This document shows, one piece after another, positions 38,032 through 47,339 of a stretch of 64,000 nucleotides of DNA. The stretch comes from Thermoplasmatota archaeon (GTDB lineage Archaea > Thermoplasmatota > JAKEGO01), in NCBI GenBank assembly GCA_028279595.1, contig JANQNK010000013.1:1-64000 (forward strand), in the 5' to 3' direction. The stretch's first letter is position 1, and the number at the start of each line of letters is the position of its first letter. The translations under genes were made by a program, and so were the position numbers. The notes under the pieces are model-generated. The model did not search any database. It was not told the DNA's origin and saw only the letters and a program-made list of their open reading frames with translations.

Positions 38032-38541
38032 ATGCAAGGGAGGAATCCAGACCCTCCACCACCCGATGATCTAGAAAAGACGATTTTCAAGGAAAAGGCC
38101 AGGTTGTTTAGAACCAACGTGTATGGTATGATATCCTCGGTCTGGTTCTTCATGTCCCTGATCGTCCTCTCGGGCATCTATATCCCTACATCAGGAAATG
38201 CCCTGCGGATCCTTGCCATCCTGGTCCTCATCTCATTACTTCTGACTTTCTCACCGACCCGGTACCCCCATCTCGGGAAGTTCGCCTTGTTGTCCATCGT
38301 TGCGATAACGATCTCGATCCTGGTGTTGCTGGCGACCATCCCGAATAAGAACGATATGAGGGATTACACTAACTTGGCTTTCCATCTGTGCTCGGCACTC
38401 ATCTTCTATATCGTGTTGCTTGTCATGGTACGGAGGAAGGTCCGTACCATATCCAGGATCGATGGCCTACGGCGGATCAAGCGGATACACAGGCGTGGTG
38501 GGAACCGATCGGACGTAAATCCAACGCTGGAGAATCACTAA
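38032..38541 (+). CDS. Hypothetical 4-TM membrane protein
   Basis: Four hydrophobic segments and a basic C-tail. Start uncertain (38008, 38014 or 38032). Confidence 0.6.
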   Translation: MQGRNPDPPPPDDLEKTIFKEKARLFRTNVYGMISSVWFFMSLIVLSGIYIPTSGNALRILAILVLISLLLTFSPTRYPHLGKFALLSIVAITISILVLLATIPNKNDMRDYTNLAFHLCSALIFYIVLLVMVRRKVRTISRIDGLRRIKRIHRRGGNRSDVNPTLENH

Positions 38542-38563
38542 ATACCCTCGATACGATATTGAT

Positions 38564-41500
38564 ATGATGGAAGACGGGGGGAAGTGGCGTTTCTGGATCG
38601 ATCGCGGCGGTACTTTCACTGATGTCGTTGCTGTGGGGCCCAAGGGCAAGGTCGTGGTCAGGAAACTTCTCTCCGAGGACCCTGAAAGGTACGAGGATGC
38701 CGCGATCCAGGGTATCCGCGAGGTTCTCGATGTCGGTCCCGGCAAGGCGGTCCCGGGAAAGGTCATCGACTCGATCAGGATGGGCACGACGGTAGGCACC
38801 AACGCGCTCCTGGAAAGGCGCGGGGAACCCACCGTTCTTGTCATAACGAAGGGATTCGGCGATGCCCTCAGGATCGGATATCAGGACAGGCCGAGGCTGT
38901 TCGACCTCAATATCGTCAAGCCCGAGCCGATATACGAGCGGGTCGTCGAGGCCATGGAACGGGTCGACGCCAGGGGTGGCATGCTCATCCCCCTTGACAA
39001 GGATCCCCTCAGGAGGGACCTCGAAGCGGCGTACAAGGAGGGTTACCGGTCCGTCGCGATCGCCTTCATGCACGGTTACAGGTACACCGACCACGAGGAG
39101 GATGCCGCCTGGATCGCCGCCGACGTGGGATTCACCCAGGTATCGGTCTCGAACGAGGTCAGTCCCTCCATGAGGCTGGTCAGCAGGGCCGGGACGGCCG
39201 TCGCCGACGCTTACACATCTCCGCTGCTCAGGCGGTACGTCGATGGTGTTCGGTCCGGTCTGGCTTCCCGGTCCATCGATCTCAAGTTCATGCAGTCCAA
39301 CGGCGGGCTGACGGACGCGACGTCCTTCAGGGGCAAGGACAGCCTGCTCTCCGGACCGGCAGGAGGAGTGGTCGGTGCGGTCTCTGCCGCCTCACGGACT
39401 GGACTGAAGGATATCATCAGTTTCGACATGGGAGGTACCTCCACCGACGTCGCCCATTACTCCGGTGAGCTGGAAAGGACGACAGAGGTCGAGGTCGGCG
39501 GTGTTGTCCTCCGTGTCCCTATGATGAGAATCAACACCGTGGCCGCGGGCGGCGGTTCCATATTACATTTCGACGGTATGCGCTTCAGGGTCGGTCCGGA
39601 TTCCGCAGGTGCCGATCCCGGACCGGCATGCTACAGGAAGGATGGACCGTTGACGGTCACCGACGCCAATGTCATGCTGGGCAGGATACAGCCGCACCAT
39701 TTCCCGCGGGTGTTCGGGTCCGGTGCCGATCAGCCGATCGACGTCGGGGTGGTGAGGGAACGGTTCGCCGGACTCGCCGATGACGTCTCTCGTGCTGCCG
39801 GCAGGGACGTATCCCCCGAGGAGGTCGCCGAGGGATTCCTCGAGGTGGCCGTCCAGAACATGGCGAGGGCGATCCTCAAGATATCGGTCCAGAGGGGTCA
39901 TGACATCGAGGGACATTCCCTAATCTGCTTCGGCGGTGCGGGTGGTCAGCACGCCTGCCGCGTCGCCGACGCGATCGGCGTCTCCCGGGTCGTGGTCCAT
40001 CCCCTCGCTGGTGTACTGTCCGCCTACGGCATCGGGCTTGCCGACGTGAGGGACATACGCGAGTCTCCGATCGAAGCAAAGCTCGACGGAGCAACGGTCA
40101 AACGATGCATATCCGAGCTCGACAGGCTTTCAGCGGAGGGTGCCAGAACACTGCGCGAGCAGGGGATGTCAGAAAGGGAAGTAAAGGTCCTCCGACGGGT
40201 CAATGTCAGGTACGTCGGTACCGACACGCCACTCGCCGTGAAGGCGGAGACCGTGGAAGGTATCAGGGTCGGATTCGTCTCCAAACACAGGTCGCTCTTC
40301 GGATTCGTGATGGACAGACCCTTGGTCGTATCCTCCGTGGTCGCGGAGACCATCGGCTCCACGGATCCTCCCGAGGTCAAAAGATGGACCCGTACCGGAC
40401 TGGATGCGCTCCCTGAGCACGTCCGGATGCACGTGAACGGTTCCACCGTCGAGGTGCCTCTCTACCTGAGGGAAGGTCTCTCTCCAGGCTACAACATCAG
40501 CGGTCCCGCGATCGTGGTCGAGGAGACCGGGACCAACATTATCGAACCCGGATGGACCGCATCCATCGATGAGATGGGCAACCTCGTACTGGAAAGGGCT
40601 GGAGCTGTTATCAGCGAAGCGTCCCCCACCGACCTTTCATTTCCGGACCCCGTCCGCCTGGAGGTCTTCAACAATCTCTTCATGTCCGTCGCGGAGCAGA
40701 TGGGCGAGACCCTGAGGAGGACGGCATACTCCGTGAACATCAAGGAGCGTCTGGACTTCTCCTGCGCAGTCTTCGACGATCAGGGCAGGCTGGTCGCGAA
40801 CGCTCCGCACATTCCCGTCCACCTAGGTTCGATGGGCGAATGCGTCAGGTCCCTCGTGGACAAGGTCGGGACGCCTGGACGTGGAGAGGTGTATCTCGTC
40901 AATTCACCGTACGGAGGCGGCACCCATCTGCCTGATATCACGATCATATCACCTGTGTACCTCGCCGGTTCCGATACTCCGAGCTTCTACGTCGCATCAC
41001 GTGGCCATCACGCCGACGTGGGCGGCATCACCCCGGGTTCGATGCCTCCAGGCGGCAGGACCCTGGACGAGGAGGGCGTCCACACCGACGGTCTTCTGGT
41101 AGTAAGGGACGGAGCGTTCCTCGAGGACGCCCTGAGGGCGTGGCTCGGCTCCGGACCCCATCCCGCGAGGTCTCCCGACACGAACATCGCCGACATCCAG
41201 GCCCAGATCGCAGCGGTCGAGCGGGGCTCGGCAGCGTTGAGGGCTTTGGTGGAGAGATACTCTCAGGAGACCGTCACCGCATACATGTCATTCGTCAGGG
41301 ACAACGCGGCGGAATCCGTCAGGAGGACCCTCGCGACGCTCCCCGGCGGGACCGCGACCATTGAGATGGACGACGGGAGCGATATCGTCGTGAACGTGTC
41401 CGTGAACCGTCAGATACGGACGGCAAGGATCGATTTCACTGGTACCTCGCCCCGGCGCGAGGACAACTTCAACGCGCCTCTTCCTGTGACCACCGCTTGC

Positions 41501-42169
41501 GTGCTGTATGTCCTCAGGACGCTGGTCGACGACGAGATCCCACTCAATGCAGGCTGCCTCGAACCGATCGAGCTCATCGTCCCTGAGGGCTCGATGCTCA
41601 ATCCCGCACCTCCGGCAGCGGTCGCGGCCGGGAACGTCGAGACCTCCCAGCACATCGTCGATGCCCTCCTCAGGGCGGTCGGTGCCCAGGCCGGGTCGCA
41701 CGGCACCATGAACAACCTGGCCTTCGGAAACGACGAGCACCAGTACTACGAGACCATCTGCGGCGGGACGGGCGCAGGACCCTCCTTCGATGGCGCGGAC
41801 GCGGTCCACTCCCACATGACCAACACGAGGATAACGGACCCCGAGGTGATCGAGTGGCGTCACCCGGTCATGGTAGAGGAGTTCTCTGTCAGGGAGGACA
41901 GCGGCGGCATGGGCAAGTTCAAGGGTGGGAACGGTGCTGTCCGGCGGATCAGAGCCCTTGAGCCGATGACGGCAACGATAGTCTCAAGCCACCGAGAGGT
42001 CGCGCCGGACGGACTCGAGGGCGGACCGGATGGTTCGAGGGGTCTGAACTACATACTGCGTGAGAACGGGAAGACTGTGGCCCTCAAGGGATGTGACATG
42101 GCCGAGATGGAGCCCGGTGACACCCTCGTGATCGAGACGCCCGGCGGCGGCGGATTCGGAAAGCCCTGA
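38564..42169 (+). CDS. oplA: 5-oxoprolinase (ATP-hydrolysing), fused hydantoinase A/B type
   Basis: IDRGGTFTD, SGPAGG, DMGGTSTD, SVNIKERLDFSCA, HIPVHLGSM, GGTHLPD, HSHMTNT and ETPGGGG. Confidence 0.92.
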   Translation: MMEDGGKWRFWIDRGGTFTDVVAVGPKGKVVVRKLLSEDPERYEDAAIQGIREVLDVGPGKAVPGKVIDSIRMGTTVGTNALLERRGEPTVLVITKGFGDALRIGYQDRPRLFDLNIVKPEPIYERVVEAMERVDARGGMLIPLDKDPLRRDLEAAYKEGYRSVAIAFMHGYRYTDHEEDAAWIAADVGFTQVSVSNEVSPSMRLVSRAGTAVADAYTSPLLRRYVDGVRSGLASRSIDLKFMQSNGGLTDATSFRGKDSLLSGPAGGVVGAVSAASRTGLKDIISFDMGGTSTDVAHYSGELERTTEVEVGGVVLRVPMMRINTVAAGGGSILHFDGMRFRVGPDSAGADPGPACYRKDGPLTVTDANVMLGRIQPHHFPRVFGSGADQPIDVGVVRERFAGLADDVSRAAGRDVSPEEVAEGFLEVAVQNMARAILKISVQRGHDIEGHSLICFGGAGGQHACRVADAIGVSRVVVHPLAGVLSAYGIGLADVRDIRESPIEAKLDGATVKRCISELDRLSAEGARTLREQGMSEREVKVLRRVNVRYVGTDTPLAVKAETVEGIRVGFVSKHRSLFGFVMDRPLVVSSVVAETIGSTDPPEVKRWTRTGLDALPEHVRMHVNGSTVEVPLYLREGLSPGYNISGPAIVVEETGTNIIEPGWTASIDEMGNLVLERAGAVISEASPTDLSFPDPVRLEVFNNLFMSVAEQMGETLRRTAYSVNIKERLDFSCAVFDDQGRLVANAPHIPVHLGSMGECVRSLVDKVGTPGRGEVYLVNSPYGGGTHLPDITIISPVYLAGSDTPSFYVASRGHHADVGGITPGSMPPGGRTLDEEGVHTDGLLVVRDGAFLEDALRAWLGSGPHPARSPDTNIADIQAQIAAVERGSAALRALVERYSQETVTAYMSFVRDNAAESVRRTLATLPGGTATIEMDDGSDIVVNVSVNRQIRTARIDFTGTSPRREDNFNAPLPVTTACVLYVLRTLVDDEIPLNAGCLEPIELIVPEGSMLNPAPPAAVAAGNVETSQHIVDALLRAVGAQAGSHGTMNNLAFGNDEHQYYETICGGTGAGPSFDGADAVHSHMTNTRITDPEVIEWRHPVMVEEFSVREDSGGMGKFKGGNGAVRRIRALEPMTATIVSSHREVAPDGLEGGPDGSRGLNYILRENGKTVALKGCDMAEMEPGDTLVIETPGGGGFGKP

Positions 42170-42227
42170 TGTTGGCTAAACCGTTATCAACGTGATTGTC
42201 ATACACGACCTGTCAGGGGGCATACAT

Positions 42228-43931
42228 CTGACGGTTCAAGGTATCCACGAGCACGATGTTGTGATAGTAGGTGCGGGACTCGCCGGACTCAGGGCGGCTG
42301 TCGAGGCCACCCGGGCCGGAAAGGACGTTGCCGTGATCTCCAAGGTCCATCCTCTGCGCTCCCACTCCGTCGCGGCCCAGGGCGGTATCAACGCGGCCCT
42401 GGGCAACGCTCCCGACGCCGGGGACGATCGCTGGGAGGACCATGCGTTCGACACCGTCAAGGGGTCGGACTATCTTGCAGACCAGGACGCGGTCGACATA
42501 CTGACCAGCAGGGCTCCAGAAGCGGTATACGAGATGGAGCACATGGGCACCGTCTTCTCCAGGTTCGAGGACGGGAGGATCGCCCAGCGCCCCTTCGGCG
42601 GCGCCGGTTTCCCGCGGACCTGCTACGCGGCTGACCGGACTGGCCACAACCTTCTCCACACGCTGTTCGAGCAGGCGATGGGGACCAATGGGACGTTCTA
42701 CGACGAGTTCTTCGTGACGTCACTGGTGGTCGAGGAAGGCAGGTGCGTCGGTTGCGTGGCCATGGACATCGCCACAGGTGGGCTCCAAGGTTTCTCTGCC
42801 GGAGCGGTGCTGCTTGCGACGGGCGGATACGGCCGTATCTTCAACCGGTCAACGAACGCTCTCATCAACCAGGGTGACGGTGCAGCGCTGGCCCTCGGGG
42901 CCGGAGCGCCGCTGAAGGACATGGAGTTCGTCCAGTTCCACCCGACGACCCTGTATGGAACGAACATCCTGATCACCGAGGGGGCCAGGGGAGAGGGCGG
43001 CCAGCTCTTCAACAGCGAGGGCGAGCGGTTCATGGTCAAATACGCACCGAAGGCAAAGGACCTCGCTCCCAGGGACATCGTCGCCAGGTCGATACAGACC
43101 GAGGTCGACGAGGGCCGGGGATTCGAGGGGGAGTACGTCCACCTCGACCTGACCCATCTTGGGGCAGAGAGGATAAAGGAACGCCTGCCGGGCATCAGAC
43201 AGATATCCATGGACTTCGCAGGCGTCGATCCGGTTGAAGCCCCGATGCCTGTCCAGCCGGGACAGCACTATTCCATGGGCGGGATCTCGGTGGACAACGA
43301 GTGTGCGACGCCCATTCCAGGATTGTACGCGGCCGGCGAGGCCGCCTGCGTGAGCGTGCACGGAGCGAACAGGCTCGGAGGCAACTCCCTCCTCGAGGCC
43401 GTGGTCTTCGGAAAGGTGGCCGGAACGACCCTCGGAAGGGACGGAGGCCCAGGGCTGGCACCTGACGCGGTCGGGGCTGCCGTCTCATCGGAGTCCGAGA
43501 GGATCGCGTCCTTCCTCGGTCGTGATACCGACACGAGCATGTCAGGGATCCGCGAGGAGCTGAAGAGGACGATGTTCGACGGTTTCGGTGTGTACAGGAC
43601 CGCCGAGCCGATGGATGCCGGTCTCAAGAAGGTGCGGGAATTGCGGGTACAGTGTTCTTCCGCCTCCATCACGGCAAAGGCCGGTCCGTTCAACCAGGCG
43701 CTCATCCGGGGGCTCGAGCTCGAGTTCATGCTGCTAGTCGCCGAGGCGGTCGCGATGGGTGCGGTCGAGAGGAGGGAGAGCCGCGGTTCCCACTCGCGGA
43801 AGGACTTCCCTGACCGCGATGACGAGAAATTCCTCCATCATACCATGGTCAGGATGGCAGACGGCGGACTCCAACTGTATACTGAACAGGTCCGGCTTGG
43901 CCGGTTCGAGGTAAAGGAGCGTGTGTACTGA
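42228..43931 (+). CDS. sdhA: Succinate dehydrogenase/fumarate reductase flavoprotein subunit
   Basis: [36 protein letters not shown] and [11 protein letters not shown]. Start is GTG 42192 or CTG 42228. Confidence 0.92.
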   Translation: MTVQGIHEHDVVIVGAGLAGLRAAVEATRAGKDVAVISKVHPLRSHSVAAQGGINAALGNAPDAGDDRWEDHAFDTVKGSDYLADQDAVDILTSRAPEAVYEMEHMGTVFSRFEDGRIAQRPFGGAGFPRTCYAADRTGHNLLHTLFEQAMGTNGTFYDEFFVTSLVVEEGRCVGCVAMDIATGGLQGFSAGAVLLATGGYGRIFNRSTNALINQGDGAALALGAGAPLKDMEFVQFHPTTLYGTNILITEGARGEGGQLFNSEGERFMVKYAPKAKDLAPRDIVARSIQTEVDEGRGFEGEYVHLDLTHLGAERIKERLPGIRQISMDFAGVDPVEAPMPVQPGQHYSMGGISVDNECATPIPGLYAAGEAACVSVHGANRLGGNSLLEAVVFGKVAGTTLGRDGGPGLAPDAVGAAVSSESERIASFLGRDTDTSMSGIREELKRTMFDGFGVYRTAEPMDAGLKKVRELRVQCSSASITAKAGPFNQALIRGLELEFMLLVAEAVAMGAVERRESRGSHSRKDFPDRDDEKFLHHTMVRMADGGLQLYTEQVRLGRFEVKERVY

Positions 43932-44710
43932 TGAGGCTCATCGTCAAGAGGTTCGACCCGGAGACCGGTATCGAGAGCTTCAACATCTTCGAGGTCGAGC
44001 AGAGGCCTGGCATGACCGTGCTCGACGCCCTCTTCGTCGTCCAGGACACGATGGACGACACGCTTTCGTTCAGGTATTCCTGCCGCGGAGCGGTATGCGG
44101 CTCCTGCGCGATGCTCATCGACAAGGTACCGAGGCTCGCGTGCCGGACCCAGATAGCAGACCTGCTCAGCGGTGAGGACGGACCGGAATTGAAGCACTAT
44201 CCGGCACTCGATCCGATCGTTCCGCTGAACAGGGCCGAGGAGATACTCATCGAGCCTCTGCCGCATCTTCCCGTCATCAAGGACCTCGTTGTTGACATGG
44301 AGGACTTCTATCGGAAGTACCGTTCGCTGCAGCCATTGTTCAGGCCGGAGGGCGAAGGGCCAGAGAAGGAGAGGCTCATGGACCCGTCGGACGTCACGAA
44401 GCTCGAGATGTTCACTAACTGCATCCTGTGCGCATCATGCTACGGTTCATGTCCGGTGGATGCCGAGGACCCCGAATACCTCGGGCCCGCGGCACTGGCG
44501 AAACTGTACCGATACCACATCGATCCCCGCGAGGGGGACGACATCTCGCGATTGCTGCTCGCACACTCTCCCGAGGGATGGTGGGCCTGCGACTTCCACG
44601 GCAACTGCCGGACCGTGTGTCCCAAGGGAGTTCCGCCGATCTTCGCTATTGGAAAGGCGAAGAAGGAGCTGGAATCTTCGGGATTCAGGGACCCGTCCGG
44701 AGGGCGCTGA
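43931..44710 (+). CDS. sdhB: Succinate dehydrogenase/fumarate reductase Fe-S subunit
   Basis: SCRGAVCGSC..LAC, CILCASCYGSCP and CDFHGNCRTVCP. TGATG overlap with sdhA. Confidence 0.92.
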   Translation: MRLIVKRFDPETGIESFNIFEVEQRPGMTVLDALFVVQDTMDDTLSFRYSCRGAVCGSCAMLIDKVPRLACRTQIADLLSGEDGPELKHYPALDPIVPLNRAEEILIEPLPHLPVIKDLVVDMEDFYRKYRSLQPLFRPEGEGPEKERLMDPSDVTKLEMFTNCILCASCYGSCPVDAEDPEYLGPAALAKLYRYHIDPREGDDISRLLLAHSPEGWWACDFHGNCRTVCPKGVPPIFAIGKAKKELESSGFRDPSGGR

Positions 44711-44711
44711 C

Positions 44712-45203
44712 ATGAAGACGAAGGCCGAGAGGGCATATGACATCGGATACAGGTACGAGGCTGAGTACAGCTCCTGCTCCCAGTGCGTCCTCGCGGCAGT
44801 GAACGACGTCATCGGCGGTATCGACGACGAGGTCTTCAGGGCGAGCCACAGCCTCTCGGGGGGCGCAGCCTTCAGTACAAAGGGGACCTGCGGTTCCCTT
44901 TCCGGCGGTATCATGGCCATCGGTACCCGCTACGGGCGAAAGCGAGATGAGTTCGAGACCGTCAGGGATGTCCCGGCCCACGACCTGTCCAAGAGGTTGT
45001 ACGACCGTTTCATCGAGGAGTACGGGAGCCCGATATGCAGTTGCGTCCACGAACGTATCTTCGGCCGCACGTTCGACTTCTGGGACGACGAGGAGACCCA
45101 ACTGTTCCTTGACATGGGCGGGCATGAAGACAAGTGTCCAGCAGTGGTGGCGAACGTGGCCAAATGGACCGTCGAGATACTCGAGGAGACCGATACCACT
45201 TAA
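44712..45203 (+). CDS. C_GCAxxG_C_C family putative redox-active protein
   Basis: CSQCVL, GTCGSLSGG, F.EEYGSPIC and a terminal KC. Confidence 0.85.
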   Translation: MKTKAERAYDIGYRYEAEYSSCSQCVLAAVNDVIGGIDDEVFRASHSLSGGAAFSTKGTCGSLSGGIMAIGTRYGRKRDEFETVRDVPAHDLSKRLYDRFIEEYGSPICSCVHERIFGRTFDFWDDEETQLFLDMGGHEDKCPAVVANVAKWTVEILEETDTT

Positions 45204-45270
45204 GTAGAGCCAAGCCATCATCCGTCCGGACGCTACTGGATGAGCGCGTTCTTGCAGGTGATCCGAACTG

Positions 45271-46191
45271 ATGGACTTCCCCCTGGGCGAATCGGCCGCA
45301 CTGACGACGGCCATACTCTGGACCGCATGCTCCATCTTCTTCGCCTCGGCAGGAAGGAGGATAGGTGCACTGAGCCTGAACGCATGGCGCATTCTCATGG
45401 CCGTTTGTTTCCTGGGGACCGCACACATCCTTCTCTTCGGAACGATCGTTCCCGCCGCCAATCAGGAACAGTACGGCTGGATGGCTCTGAGCGGGATCAT
45501 CGGACTGGCGATAGGGGATTTCGGTTATTTCGGATGCCTCGTCTGCATGGGTCCGCGGCGCGGTGTCCTGTTGATGTCGATGCATCCCATCTTCACGGCC
45601 ATACTCGCCTGGATATGGCTTCACGAGTACCTATCCCAGTGGACCGTCATCGGGATAGCCATGGTCCTAACTGGTGTGATCATAGCCATCCTGGAGCAAG
45701 GCCACGTCCACGACGAGCCGATCACGCGTGAAAGGTTGATGCTCGGAGGCTTCTTCGGTCTGGTAGGTTCAGCGGGCCAGGGCATCGGGATCGTTGTTGC
45801 GAAGTACGGGATGGTCGAGGCGGCAAGTCCGGGCGCGGACTCCCTGGACCCACTCTCTGCGACCCTGATCAGGATGGTCGCCGCTTGCATATTCGTCTGG
45901 CTGGCAGTGTTGGTGACGAAGAACCTGGCCTCCGTGCTCAAGGCACGCAAGGACATCTATGCCATGAAGCGTACCTTCGCCGGAGCCCTTAGTGGACCAT
46001 TCCTCGGCGTCTGGATGTCGATGATCGCTGTTACGTACGCCCTCGCCGGGGTCGCAGCCACACTGATGTCCCTCATGCCGATACTGATAATACCCGTGGT
46101 TTACGTCCTCTACAAGGAGAAGACCTCGATGCGTGGTATAATGGGAGCCGTTATCGCCTTCATCGGAGTGGCCGTCCTTTTCCTGATGTGA
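45271..46191 (+). CDS. DMT/EamA family transporter
   Basis: About 10 TMs with LSGIIGLAIGD and GPFLGVW motifs. Confidence 0.88.
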   Translation: MDFPLGESAALTTAILWTACSIFFASAGRRIGALSLNAWRILMAVCFLGTAHILLFGTIVPAANQEQYGWMALSGIIGLAIGDFGYFGCLVCMGPRRGVLLMSMHPIFTAILAWIWLHEYLSQWTVIGIAMVLTGVIIAILEQGHVHDEPITRERLMLGGFFGLVGSAGQGIGIVVAKYGMVEAASPGADSLDPLSATLIRMVAACIFVWLAVLVTKNLASVLKARKDIYAMKRTFAGALSGPFLGVWMSMIAVTYALAGVAATLMSLMPILIIPVVYVLYKEKTSMRGIMGAVIAFIGVAVLFLM

Positions 46192-46263
46192 AGTTCACTT
46201 TCATTCCTCTCTCGGGATAACATAGTTAAATCATAAACGAATGAAATATCGGAGGTGCAGAGA

Positions 46264-46623
46264 ATGCCAAGAATCACGCATTTTGAGATAAGCGCAGACG
46301 ACCCCGAGGGCCTGACGAAGTTCTACGAGGAGACCTTCGGGTGGAAGTTCGAGAAGTGGGACGGCCCCATGCCCTACTGGATGATCCGGACGGGGGAGGG
46401 AGCTGGCATCGACGGTGGCCTGTCGCAAAGACAGCCAGAGACCATGGACATCAACACCATGGACGTTGACGACCTCGACGCCTACGTGGATATGGTCCAA
46501 TCGAACGGCGGGAAGATAATAATGCCCAAGATGGCCATCCCCGGGATCGGATGGTGGGCCATCTTCGAGGACACCGAGGGCAATAAGCTCGGCATGATGC
46601 AGGAAGATCCGAACGCCCAGTGA
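46264..46623 (+). CDS. VOC/glyoxalase family protein
   Basis: ITHFEI.ADDP..FY..FGW, GIDGG, GGKII.PK..IPG.G and DTEGN. Confidence 0.9.
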   Translation: MPRITHFEISADDPEGLTKFYEETFGWKFEKWDGPMPYWMIRTGEGAGIDGGLSQRQPETMDINTMDVDDLDAYVDMVQSNGGKIIMPKMAIPGIGWWAIFEDTEGNKLGMMQEDPNAQ

Positions 46624-46656
46624 GCGTATACACTATCTGTTGGTCAGTGACTAGCA

Positions 46657-46887
46657 TCAATCCCTACTGGACAGTTCGTCGGCGACGCCGATGGCGTTCT
46701 GAAGGCAGGACAGAAGATCGTTGAGTGCGTTCCTCGTTTCACCGAGGGAGCCCTCCACTCGGAAGACCATGCAGTCATCGACCATGGAACCCTCGACATA
46801 TCCCTGGTTGTCCACCTGAAGGGCTTTGAAGATCGGTCCAAGGTCCCTTCCACCGCCGGGAACGGTCAGCTGACAGAGGATCCTCAT
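46657..46887 (-). CDS. pcc1: KEOPS complex subunit Pcc1-like
   Basis: 76 aa with IFKALQVDN...RNALNDLLSCL pattern typical of archaeal Pcc1. Confidence 0.7.
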   Translation of the reverse strand: MRILCQLTVPGGGRDLGPIFKALQVDNQGYVEGSMVDDCMVFRVEGSLGETRNALNDLLSCLQNAIGVADELSSRD

Positions 46888-46944
46888 CTGGAATGAAATA
46901 AGGCTAAGGGTGATAAGACCTTCCATTTACTGCACGTTCTGACT

Positions 46945-46958
46945 CAACCTTTATATGG
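46945..46958 (+). promoter_or_regulatory. Archaeal TATA box for the SRP RNA
   Basis: CTTTATAT about 30 nt upstream of the SRP RNA 5' helix. Confidence 0.6.
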
Positions 46959-46988
46959 CCGAGCCTTATTGCAATGACCGCGACGATA

Positions 46989-47314
46989 GGTCCAGGATAG
47001 GCGGGAAATTAGGCGTGTCCTTGCGCTTCGGCGCACCCGAAACCGTCTATATGCGGGGCTGACGTCGGGAGGCGGCGGTCCGATCGGGGCTGGAGCCTTG
47101 GTCTGACTATGAGGCATCGGCCATTGGGATCGGTGCAGGTCCTCGGGCCCATCCGGAGGGATGGGTCGTGTGCCTTCATCGTGGGGAACGGGCCAGGCCC
47201 GGAAGGGAGCAGTCCAACCATGAGCTTCCGATGCTCGGTGGGTCCCGGTGCCGAGGATGGCCAGGGACCTTACTCCATCTCTTGTCGGCCCGTCCACTCC
47301 CGGCTTCCTGGACC
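46989..47314 (+). ncRNA. ffs: Archaeal signal recognition particle (7S) RNA
   Basis: Helix-8 signature GCCAGGCCCGGAAGGGAGCA, helix 6 with GGAG tetraloop (cccatccGGAGggatggg), terminal helix ggtccagga/tcctggacc, and Alu loop-loop complementarity taggcg/cgtcta. Confidence 0.93.
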
Positions 47315-47339
47315 CGTCAAACATTAAAGGTGATCACGC

